This document shows positions 18,639-26,971 of a stretch of DNA of 41,746 bases, piece by piece. Location of the stretch: sequence record SRR31156797_786. One strand, given 5' to 3'. Made by a program: the position numbers and the translations under genes. The notes beneath the pieces are model-generated. The model had not been told where the DNA came from. It did not search any database and saw only the letters and a list, made by a program, of their open reading frames with translations. The stretch's first letter is position 1; every line of letters starts with the position of its first letter.

Positions 18639-19256
18639 ATGGAACCAGGAAAAATATTTCAGCTTTTGAAAGAAAGGATTATTAAACTGGAGCTATTGCC
18701 GGGCAGCGTTTTGAATTTGTCTGAATTGGCCCAATCGTTTAATGTAAGCCGTACACCGGTGAAAGAGGCGACCATTATGCTTCATACCGAGGGATGGATC
18801 CTGCGGGATGGTGGGCGTTTTACGGTTACGCCGCTCAGCCTGAAACTCATCAAGGAGATCACTGAAATACGATCGAGCATTGAAATCCAGGCTAATCTGT
18901 GGGCCATGCAGCGGATCGACAATGAAGAAATAGTAACCCTTGATGAATGGAGACAAAAGGTTCTCGGATTAGAGGGCGGCTTGACCAACAAAGAGATGAT
19001 TGAGCTGGACATTCAATTCCATCGAATCCTCTTTTCGGCGACAAAAAACACCCAATTGGCCATGATGCTTGAAAGATTGCTTGGCCACTATCTGCGCTTT
19101 TGGCTTTCTATTCCCCGGAAGATCGAGCCTGCCGAGTTTTTTTCCAGCACTCTTGAAATCATCCGGGCCATCAAGGACAAGGATGAAGCCCTTGTTGAAT
19201 CCCTGAGTGCTGCCCACATCAAAGAATCCATCGATACCATCATGAGTAGTTTTTAG
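18639..19256 (+). CDS. GntR family transcriptional regulator (FCD domain)
   Basis: LLPGSVL...LAQSFNVSRTPVKEA HTH; LDIQFHRIL...N; terminal His. Confidence 0.93.
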   Translation: MEPGKIFQLLKERIIKLELLPGSVLNLSELAQSFNVSRTPVKEATIMLHTEGWILRDGGRFTVTPLSLKLIKEITEIRSSIEIQANLWAMQRIDNEEIVTLDEWRQKVLGLEGGLTNKEMIELDIQFHRILFSATKNTQLAMMLERLLGHYLRFWLSIPRKIEPAEFFSSTLEIIRAIKDKDEALVESLSAAHIKESIDTIMSSF

Positions 19257-19300
19257 CGGAAAACATGCTTTCAGAATGAACTTAACGATGCTCCTATTTG

Positions 19301-20482
19301 TTAAAACCGGTTCGGGTCCACGGCCCCCGGCGCCTTGCCGGTTTCAACAAACCGTACCACATCATCGGCAAATTGATCCGGCAGGTCCGTGTGGGGAAAA
19401 TGGCCGCAACCGGGATAAAGTTTTACCGTCACGGGGACGCCGGCCCCTGTCATACGCCGGTAGAAGGGTTTGATCATATCCTTTTTCAAATCTTTCAATC
19501 CGCTGATCTTTTTCGGATAAAAGGGCTCCTCGTCTCCGAAGATCAGCAGTATGGGCGTGCGGATGCGGTCGTATTGCTTGAAAAGACTGGACGGATCCTC
19601 CTTTTTTATTTCAACACCCAGGGCGTAGATGTCGCGCACACTGGTGATGCAATGACGCTGAAATTCAACCGGATTGCCCGTGATCATTTTAATGCGGATG
19701 TCCGTTGCCAAGCGGGCGTCCGGCGTGTCGGTTTTAAAAAAGCCCATGGGAATGAGTTTGCCGTTTATTTTAAGCTTGTAGTAGAAAAAATCCTCAACCA
19801 GTTTGGCGTTTTTGCTGAAATCAAAGCGCGCTTTCCGGGTGTAATAGGGGTATCGGATAAACTCTTTGAACTCGGTGCTTTTCGCCAATTCCGGCGGGAA
19901 GTGTTTGGCCGGCAACTCTTCCAGCCCCGCGGGGGCGATGAGGATGATGCCCTCCACGGCTTCGGGGTAGCTCAACGCATACCCCAACACAAATTGACCC
20001 CCCAGGGAATGCCCCCCGTAGACCGCTTTGGGAATTCCAAGATGGTTGACAACCAGGTCGTGGACGGCCTCCCGGGTCTGTTGCATGCTGCGCACCAGGG
20101 GCTTGTCAAGGTTCCCCGGAATCGATTTGCCGTAATTGGGTAAATCCGGAACCACGACCCGGATGCCGTTTTCCCTGGCGATCTTGATGACATTGCCGAA
20201 GTAGCCGCCGCTGAAGGCGCGGCCGTGAATCAGCACCAGCACCTTGGGGTTCGGTTTGAACAGGGGCGCCACATCCATATATCCCATATTCCAGACGGTC
20301 CCGTCATTTGATTTGACGTCGGCGTATTTGACCCTATACGGATAGGTCACCTGATCGCGAAAAAAGCTTTTTGACGGATCACCCTGCTGAACGCTTGCCG
20401 TTTGGGTGGCGCAACCCATAAAAATAGCGGTTAGTATGAGGGTTGCAGTCATCACTTTTAAGTAGATCGCCTTTGTTTCCAT
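19301..20482 (-). CDS. Alpha/beta hydrolase lipoprotein
   Basis: Lipobox-like IFMG-C; LIHG; PDLPNYGKS; GHSLGG nucleophile elbow; GHFPH. Confidence 0.9.
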   Translation of the reverse strand: METKAIYLKVMTATLILTAIFMGCATQTASVQQGDPSKSFFRDQVTYPYRVKYADVKSNDGTVWNMGYMDVAPLFKPNPKVLVLIHGRAFSGGYFGNVIKIARENGIRVVVPDLPNYGKSIPGNLDKPLVRSMQQTREAVHDLVVNHLGIPKAVYGGHSLGGQFVLGYALSYPEAVEGIILIAPAGLEELPAKHFPPELAKSTEFKEFIRYPYYTRKARFDFSKNAKLVEDFFYYKLKINGKLIPMGFFKTDTPDARLATDIRIKMITGNPVEFQRHCITSVRDIYALGVEIKKEDPSSLFKQYDRIRTPILLIFGDEEPFYPKKISGLKDLKKDMIKPFYRRMTGAGVPVTVKLYPGCGHFPHTDLPDQFADDVVRFVETGKAPGAVDPNRF

Positions 20483-20518
20483 TGTTTCCTCCTTTTCCCC
20501 GTTTAGCCGACCCCGGCA

Positions 20519-21271
20519 TTATTTATTTTCATTCAACAACCGCATGATCTGATCAACTCCCAAAACTTTGCCTTTGGAAACAACCTTGCCGTTAATGATC
20601 AGACCCGGGGTGATGTGAACCCCCTTTTTCGCAAATTCATGAATATCGGTTACTTTGACGATTTTGACGCGATTGTTAAGGCCGAGCCGCTCCACGGCCT
20701 CAAATGTATTTTGATAAACCTTTTCGCAGTTTGCGCAACCCGGTCCAAGGACCTCTAGAATGGTTTTAACGTCAATATTTTGATTCGTTTCCGAGTACGC
20801 CTGGGACAACCAGATTTTTGTTTGGTCTCTGGAGGGAACAGACCCCTGGTGATGGACCCGGCCGGAAATAACCAGTACCGGCGTCATCATGATGCCAAAG
20901 CTCAAGGCTTGTTCCTGGCAGGGCTTCAGCATTTCGTCCAATTCCGGGGTCCATTCCGCTACCGCAGGGCAACAGACCTCTTCCGCTTTCTCTTCGGAAG
21001 CATTTTCAGGCGCACCCACAAGCTGATGGATGCGACGCCAATCCATCTCTATCTTTCCCTTTCGGGCCACATCCTTGGCGGTGCCCGGCGTAAGCCCCAG
21101 GGTGTTCGCAAATTTCACCACCTCCCTGTCCGTATAGCTCAAATGCCTGATCCTGACGGACAAATCCAATTCATTGGCCAGTTCATGGACCATATTACCT
21201 AAATAATGGCACCTCGGGCATGGGGGCTCGGTTCCGATGATCCAAATCTCATCCTCATTTTTCATGGCCAT
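20519..21271 (-). CDS. Two-domain thioredoxin-like (redox-active disulfide) protein
   Basis: GTEPPCPRC...GIMMTPVLVI and VLGPGCANC...GVHITPGLIINGKVVSKGKV. Confidence 0.85.
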   Translation of the reverse strand: MAMKNEDEIWIIGTEPPCPRCHYLGNMVHELANELDLSVRIRHLSYTDREVVKFANTLGLTPGTAKDVARKGKIEMDWRRIHQLVGAPENASEEKAEEVCCPAVAEWTPELDEMLKPCQEQALSFGIMMTPVLVISGRVHHQGSVPSRDQTKIWLSQAYSETNQNIDVKTILEVLGPGCANCEKVYQNTFEAVERLGLNNRVKIVKVTDIHEFAKKGVHITPGLIINGKVVSKGKVLGVDQIMRLLNENK

Positions 21272-21301
21272 TTCTCCCTGTGCATCTGAAATTTTAGAGT
21301 C

Positions 21302-21525
21302 CTAAATTTCAACTTCACCTTGTAAATATTTTACGGCTTTCCCGGAAATTTTGATACGATGACGCCATACTTGGGTGCGAAAAATCGCGTTACAAAATCA
21401 TGACGTTCAGAAATGGATTGCATGAGGTCATCCGGAAGCCACTCATCCAGCGGGCAGACGGCAGCGGGATTTCCCTGGAACGGCTTGTCTGCAAATGCAT
21501 CAATTTGATATAGGGTCAATTTCAT
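21302..21525 (-). pseudogene. PhzF-family gene collapsed by two internal deletions
   Basis: N-terminus YQIDAF...GNPAAV is joined to mid-gene DFVTRFFAP. The C-terminus RIKISGKAVKYLQGEVEI-stop follows in another frame. Confidence 0.85.
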
Positions 21526-21596
21526 GGGTGCTCCTTTAAAAATCCGATCTCGAATTGAGCTGGGCCGGGTAAATGCTCAATCATAAGGAGATTCTC

Positions 21597-22403
21597 TTAC
21601 CATGGGCAGCGCGACGGTGAAATTCGGCGTATTGCAAGTTGCACCATTTTTTGCACTTCAGGATGAGGATCTTCTTGTGCCTGAATCAAGACGGTTGAGA
21701 CGCTTGGTAGGCCAATGATCCCTAAACTTCTCGCGGACTCCCATCTAAAGGCCGGAATCGGGTGACGGAGAAGATATTCTGTTAGAATCCGGATCACCTC
21801 TTTATCATCGAACGCTTCGAAGGCTCGGATTGTCTTCCAACAGATCACGTCATGTTCCTGATATGTCGGCAATACGCCGATTAGGTGGGGAAGCGCGGTA
21901 GAATTGTGGAAATATAAAGAAATATGGCCTATTGCATCCAGCGCTTGCTCAATTTGAAAAGGTTCACCTGTATCAAGAACCGGTAGAAGGAATGTTAAGG
22001 CAGGCTCTCCGATCCGAATGAGTGTTCTTGCCGCCATATCCCGTGGGAGAGGATACCCCCCCTTATAAAAGCCTTTTTTCGGAAGAGTGTTTTCGTGATT
22101 GTTTCCGATCCTTCCCAAAAGTTCAATTAACGGGGGAATGGACGCTTTTCCCATGGCCCCGAGAGCTTCGCATACGGCGAGTTTCGGATAGAGTTTTTCT
22201 TCTTTCCGCAATGCTCGACATAGAGGCATGACCGCTTGGCGGCATTTTCGTTGCCCGAGGATTTTGGCTGCGGATGTTCTCACTTTTGGATTCTCATGAC
22301 GTAAATGGGCCATGAGCGTTCTATCGTCCTCCCGGAAAAAGCCTTGATCTTCTTCCGGCGATGTTTGTCCTCTTGTCTGACGCTGTTTGTTTAATTGATT
22401 CAC
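21597..22403 (-). CDS. HEAT-repeat protein (start uncertain)
   Basis: VRTSAAKILG, AVCEALG, RDMAARTLIRIG, RWESARSLG. Confidence 0.8.
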   Translation of the reverse strand: MNQLNKQRQTRGQTSPEEDQGFFREDDRTLMAHLRHENPKVRTSAAKILGQRKCRQAVMPLCRALRKEEKLYPKLAVCEALGAMGKASIPPLIELLGRIGNNHENTLPKKGFYKGGYPLPRDMAARTLIRIGEPALTFLLPVLDTGEPFQIEQALDAIGHISLYFHNSTALPHLIGVLPTYQEHDVICWKTIRAFEAFDDKEVIRILTEYLLRHPIPAFRWESARSLGIIGLPSVSTVLIQAQEDPHPEVQKMVQLAIRRISPSRCPW

Positions 22404-22530
22404 GGTGATTTATGTTTAATTATGTGAATATTTGTAGACCGACAACATTTTTACCGTTATTTGCCGGGACCGATTTTAAACAAAGAGGAAAAACAAACCT
22501 TGCGTAGCGCTCAAGTCAAACGATTTGTTT

Positions 22531-22600
22531 TCATATTTTGATCATCTGCATTCCCGGAGCATTCTCGGGACGAATCTCGAAACCGTTCTGTTCATATTGA
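22531..22600 (-). pseudogene. Possible C-terminal fragment of a GNAT acetyltransferase
   Basis: YEQNGFEIRPENAPGMQMIKI-stop resembles GNAT C-termini (YxxxGF). Followed directly by an attC-like arm. Confidence 0.4.
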
Positions 22601-22704
22601 CAACGGATGCCGCCAATGTTGCCGACCTTCTTCATTGAAGGATACGGCGCGGCGGTTTTTAGCCGTTCCCTCTATGGCAATCTACCCTTATTCGTTATAA
22701 ATTG

Positions 22705-23154
22705 CTACTTTTGAATATCCTGTCTCACGTTCTTTTCAATGTCGATGATCCTTTTTCTTATTTCATCCGGAATAGGTGCCTTTTTATTTTTTTGATAATC
22801 GAATGTAACCAGAACACCTTCCCCCGATGCTGCTATTTTCTTAAACTTATGACTGATTACGGCATAATTCATTATAAAACGATCTTTTTCCATGGTATCC
22901 ACTTTTGCGCCCACTGTAACATGGTCCGGATAGGTTAGCGGGATTTTGAATCTGCATTGAGTGGATGCCAGTATGGGGCCGATACCGGTTAGATTCATGA
23001 CCTCAAAAAAATCAATTTTTTCGAAATATGAAATTCTCGCACTTTCAAAATGTTTGAAATATACCGTATTGTTCACATGTTGAAAAGCGTCCAAATCGCC
23101 CCATGCGATCGGAATGTTAATTGTTACAGGATAGGCTCTCATGAGTTCTTTCAT
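22705..23154 (-). CDS. Acyl-CoA thioesterase (4HBT hot-dog fold)
   Basis: WGDLDAFQHVNNTVYFKHFESAR; PLTYPD. Confidence 0.93.
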   Translation of the reverse strand: MKELMRAYPVTINIPIAWGDLDAFQHVNNTVYFKHFESARISYFEKIDFFEVMNLTGIGPILASTQCRFKIPLTYPDHVTVGAKVDTMEKDRFIMNYAVISHKFKKIAASGEGVLVTFDYQKNKKAPIPDEIRKRIIDIEKNVRQDIQK

Positions 23155-23193
23155 TTTTTTTCACCAGTTGGAATAATTTTTGCTCATTTCGTT

Positions 23194-23252
23194 TCATAAA
23201 TCTCGGATCAGGCGCGGCCATTATTTGCAGTCGCCGGCATCCGCCGATAAGG
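23194..23252 (-). mobile_element. Degenerate attC-like palindrome
   Basis: Bulged stem: CGGAT(23204-08)/ATCCG(23239-43) and GGCG/CGCC. Ends TCATAAA / GATAAGG are each one change from the AAC / GTT core triplets. The core resembles 22646-22666. Confidence 0.45.
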
Positions 23253-23311
23253 GTCGCCTATGATTTTATTCGGTTTGACCCCGTTTCACCTCCTGCTCCG
23301 GACGGCAATTA

Positions 23312-23340
23312 AATCCCGCAAGGAATTCCCTGCGGGGATT
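23312..23340. terminator. Putative terminator-like hairpin
   Basis: AATCCCGCA-AGGAATTCCC-TGCGGGGATT, downstream of the Cache-domain gene. Confidence 0.4.
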
Positions 23341-23473
23341 GAATATTCAAGGTTTTTGGCCACGTCTTAAAGAGACTTTCCGTTGCATTGTTTCCCGGCC
23401 TCTTTCAACGCGTCGTTTTAACCATTGTGATCCTGCCGGTCATTGGCGGCATCGGTAACCCTGGCCTTAATTA

Positions 23474-24445
23474 TTAATCATTTTCTTCCGGGTAGTATTT
23501 TTTTATACATTTTTCGCAAATACTATGGCTAAATTTAGCTTCTGAATGATTAGAAATGTATTTCTCAAGTTGACTCCAAGAACCTTTGTCGTCGCGAATT
23601 TCTTTACAGTGCATACATATGGGTATAATACCTGTTAATGTTTTGATTTCATCTAAAGCTCTATGAAGTTCCGCGTTGGCATTTGATAATTCCGCAGTAC
23701 GGTTTTTAACCTTGATTTCAAGTTGGTCCTTATATTCAAATAATTTAGCTTCAGCATGCTGACGCATTTTTATCGCATTTAATGCCTGATGAATTTGGTA
23801 CCAAGCGATGAGTGAAACAATAATAAGAATAATAATGGAGGCAATTTTTAATTTTCGTGACATCAAAGCGACTTCCGCCTTGACATCTTCAAGATATATT
23901 CCTGTGCCGATTATCCACCCCCAAGGCTTATATCCTTTGACGAATGATAGTTTGGGAACAATCCGGCTATGGTCGTCCATCCATTGCCACATGTAAGGTA
24001 CGTAACCTTGTTCATTCTGTGTAGTCATTTTGACGAATTCCATGAAAAGCTTAGTCCCGGCTGGGTCAGTAAAATCTGACATGTTTTGCCCTATGAGATC
24101 CGGTCTATAGGGGTGCATAATAAGCGCGGGGGTAAAATCATTGATCCAAAAATAATCTTTGCCGTCTACTCCGTATTTCATGGCTTTCAAATGATTAATG
24201 GCAATTTGTTGGGCCTCTTTAAGCCTGTATTTTCCTGAAGCGACTTCTCTGTTGAGAAGGTCAACCATATTCCAGGAAGAATTGACAAGTTCCTTTAACA
24301 TTACTTTTTTTTCTTCAAGTAAATTTTTTTGAAACCTTGGAAGAAAGAGATAAAAGGAAGAGAAAATGAAGAGGGAAATCGCCACTAATGCAGGAAAGAC
24401 AATACGAAATAGTTCCTGAAAACTGTAATGATTTTGTTTGCGCAT
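23474..24445 (-). CDS. Membrane sensor: TM, single Cache domain, TM, coiled coil, putative Zn-binding C-terminal domain
   Basis: DYFWIND...MHPYRPDLIG...GYVPYMW...PKLSFV..YKPWGWIIGTGIY; C-terminus PICMHCKEIRDDKG.W...FSHSICEKC. Confidence 0.88.
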   Translation of the reverse strand: MRKQNHYSFQELFRIVFPALVAISLFIFSSFYLFLPRFQKNLLEEKKVMLKELVNSSWNMVDLLNREVASGKYRLKEAQQIAINHLKAMKYGVDGKDYFWINDFTPALIMHPYRPDLIGQNMSDFTDPAGTKLFMEFVKMTTQNEQGYVPYMWQWMDDHSRIVPKLSFVKGYKPWGWIIGTGIYLEDVKAEVALMSRKLKIASIIILIIVSLIAWYQIHQALNAIKMRQHAEAKLFEYKDQLEIKVKNRTAELSNANAELHRALDEIKTLTGIIPICMHCKEIRDDKGSWSQLEKYISNHSEAKFSHSICEKCIKKYYPEEND

Positions 24446-24844
24446 TTGAAGCCCTTTCTCTTTTAGGGCCGAACGGTTTGGCCGCCAGCGTGAGATTTCG
24501 AGCCACCGGACGGGTCTTGGGGCCCGGTGGGGGCTCGACCCACTTCTGCGGAGAGAAGGATTTCAAGGGCCTTTGAGAGGGCCGGGAGATCCTTTTCCAT
24601 CCTTCCGTGCATCTCGATTCGGTTCCTTTTACCCCCATCCCGCGGGACCGTGGAAGATCCCGTTGAGCGTGTGAAACCGCGGGGTCAACAAATATTAATA
24701 CGGCATTTGAGCTTATCCCCTCTTCGGAGCTGTCCAGACAATGGGATATGCACCATATGGCATATTGATATCATAGAAAGATTAGCATGTTGACTTACAA
24801 TCTGAGGTAACGTCCCCATTTCCGAAAGTTGAAGCGAGGCGCCT

Positions 24845-25261
24845 TTAATTTCCCATGCGCTTTAGGACCATATTATAGGCCTCAGCATTTTTTGCATTCT
24901 CCTCGTCGACAAAAGCATTGTAAACGGATTTTCCTGTCATTCGGCCATCCGGTTGCATCTCAAGCTTAGCGGTATACAGCTTGGTGCCGCTTTCAATAAC
25001 CATATAAACGGTTTTGCCGTCCACGACGCCGTTTACATTGTATGGCCCCATGGTCCCTTTGAATTTGCTTCCATCCTGCGAAAAAATACCGGTCCCCCAT
25101 CCGCCGGCCATGTAGTCGCCGCAGTCCCATTTGCCGGAAATATTAACATCCGCAACCGTTTGATTTTTCCCGTCAAGCCACGCTTCAGTTCTGTCGGGCA
25201 TGATGGTCCTGCACGACACAAACAGGCCAACCACAGCAGCCAGCAATAAAAGTTTTTTCAT
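24845..25261 (-). CDS. Hypothetical lipoprotein
   Basis: MKKLLLLAAVVGLFVS-C lipoprotein signal; AGGAGG RBS. Confidence 0.8.
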   Translation of the reverse strand: MKKLLLLAAVVGLFVSCRTIMPDRTEAWLDGKNQTVADVNISGKWDCGDYMAGGWGTGIFSQDGSKFKGTMGPYNVNGVVDGKTVYMVIESGTKLYTAKLEMQPDGRMTGKSVYNAFVDEENAKNAEAYNMVLKRMGN

Positions 25262-25429
25262 GGTTCCCCTCCTTCTCTTATGTGCTTTACAACGTTGTCT
25301 TATGACCGTTCATTCCTGCATCCCTTGTCCCTCTTGATCCGGTTCATGGTAATGTTTACCCTTTTTAAGTCCCTTCATGTAAAAGGGGATGTTTGTCAGA
25401 TTCTAAGTTGGAAAGTTAAGGTCCCCCCT

Positions 25430-25458
25430 AATTTTATGTTTTGACATTGGGGGGAACC
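25430..25458 (+). repeat. Left 29-bp inverted repeat (IS-end-like)
   Basis: AATTTTATGTTTTGACATTGGGGGGAACC; 27/29 match to the reverse complement of 26373-26401. Confidence 0.85.
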
Positions 25459-25481
25459 ATGGTCATTGTTCATTTGTAAAT

Positions 25482-26333
25482 TCAAAGATCGGCTGAACAG
25501 GTCCAATCATGATCTCCGCGGCCATTTGCGACACCACGGGTCCACAGCGCTTCCAAGGCTTCAAACATGCCGGGATCTGTTCCGATTTCGCGGCACAACT
25601 CGACAAATTGCCTCGCTTCCAATACCACCTGGGTAAGCGTCGCCTGTACCCGTTTGGGATCCGACGCGAAACCTTCGTCATTCGTTTTCTTCAAAGTGTC
25701 GTCGACAACAACCGGGATCACCTGTTTAATGAAATTCTCGTAACTCTCAAGGGGAAAATTCTCTGCATGGCAGAATTTGACTCCCTGGCATAGCCCCACA
25801 ATCATCGGAATGACCGCAAACAGACTCGCATTTGCCAGTGTTGAAGCAAAGCCCGGGTTCTCATCCACGAACACCGTGCCTCCCAATAACTTCAAAACAG
25901 ACTTATTATCGTCGAATGCACTTCGACTCCCACTATATAGAATCTGTAGTTCGGGCGTGCCGATTTGGCTCGGGTAGCCCCCCACTGCACCATCAATGTA
26001 GGCCGCTCCTGATGACGTGACAATGTGGTGTAGTTCTCTAGCCTCCCACGGCTTGCCGTTGCTCAGCTGCACCACAGTTTTACCCCGGAGCTTTGACTCT
26101 TGTTCCTTAAGAAACGCTTTGGCAGGGGCATATTCCAATATGCTGATTATTATAATTGGACTTGCCTCTATGGCAGCGCCGACCGACTCTGCCACGATGA
26201 TATTAGACTGAGCCAGTGCCCGGGCTTTCTCCGGCGCCCGATTCCATATGGTGAGGTTCTTGCCGCCGGCGGCCAGGACTCGGATCATGGCAGATCCCAT
26301 CTTTCCGCAACCTAAAAATGATATCTCGCTCAT
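25482..26333 (-). CDS. NAD(P)-dependent oxidoreductase, imine reductase / beta-hydroxyacid dehydrogenase fold
   Basis: GGAGGAG RBS; FLGCGKMG, IWNR.PEKA, VVQLSNG.P, YIDGAVGGYPSQIG. Confidence 0.85.
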   Translation of the reverse strand: MSEISFLGCGKMGSAMIRVLAAGGKNLTIWNRAPEKARALAQSNIIVAESVGAAIEASPIIIISILEYAPAKAFLKEQESKLRGKTVVQLSNGKPWEARELHHIVTSSGAAYIDGAVGGYPSQIGTPELQILYSGSRSAFDDNKSVLKLLGGTVFVDENPGFASTLANASLFAVIPMIVGLCQGVKFCHAENFPLESYENFIKQVIPVVVDDTLKKTNDEGFASDPKRVQATLTQVVLEARQFVELCREIGTDPGMFEALEALWTRGVANGRGDHDWTCSADL

Positions 26334-26372
26334 GCTACGCTCCTCCCTTATATTTTTCGAAATAGGGCCTAA

Positions 26373-26401
26373 GGTTCCCCCCAATGTCAAGACAGAAAAT
26401 T
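26373..26401 (-). repeat. Right 29-bp inverted repeat (IS-end-like)
   Basis: GGTTCCCCCCAATGTCAAGACAGAAAATT. Confidence 0.85.
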
Positions 26402-26918
26402 GACAGAGCTAAGCTAGGCGGGTCGGCCGAGCCGAGCTGAGCCCCGCCGAAGCTCAAACGGGTCACGATTGTAGCATCCTGAGACGGTACAAGACCCTTC
26501 CTTCCCATAAGAGGGGACGTCCCTATTCCCCACGCTTTCATTTGATAGGGTTAGGAATATGGGTTGTTCGGGTGCCATCTTTTCCTATGAGGCTGTTGTG
26601 CCGACCCTTTCAGCGTTTGTGGTTTTGATGTGATTTCATATGTTCCAAAGATCAATATCTAATAGGTTCCCAAATTGATGAAAGTTTGACGTTCCACATC
26701 TTGAAAACTATGCCGATCTGGAGCATGACATGCACATTCTGAGGTTTTTTTTCCATTGGTGAGCCTTCTGAGCAAAGGATGAATGGTTGGTTAATTCGGC
26801 AATTTGCAGATAAGGAATCAACGAAAAATAGCTTATGTCAGGAGATATCTTATGTCAAAGAAAAACGGTTTTGAGGAATCTCATTGCAGTAATTGATTCG
26901 TGTCCTTCAAAAGGCGGG

Positions 26919-26963
26919 AAAAAAGGGTAGGGCGGACCGGGCGGCGCCATAAGCCCCGGTCCG
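26919..26963 (-). terminator. Putative terminator of the spy/cpxP gene
   Basis: Stem CGGACCGGG(G)C / GCCCGGTCCG just after the stop codon, with a T run shortly downstream on the minus strand. Confidence 0.55.
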
Positions 26964-26971
26964 GGAAGGTA

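Noticed and set aside
19298-20143. Long antisense ORFs (this one, also 714-1457, 14511-15170, 16711-17403, 36009-36770)
   Set aside because: They are shadows of well-supported genes on the opposite strand and have no recognisable motifs.
22606-23453. 13-bp inverted repeat GATGCCGCCAATG / CATTGGCGGCATC around the thioesterase
   Set aside because: Short, does not extend, no target duplication. Both copies read as IGGI codons and could be coincidental gene debris.
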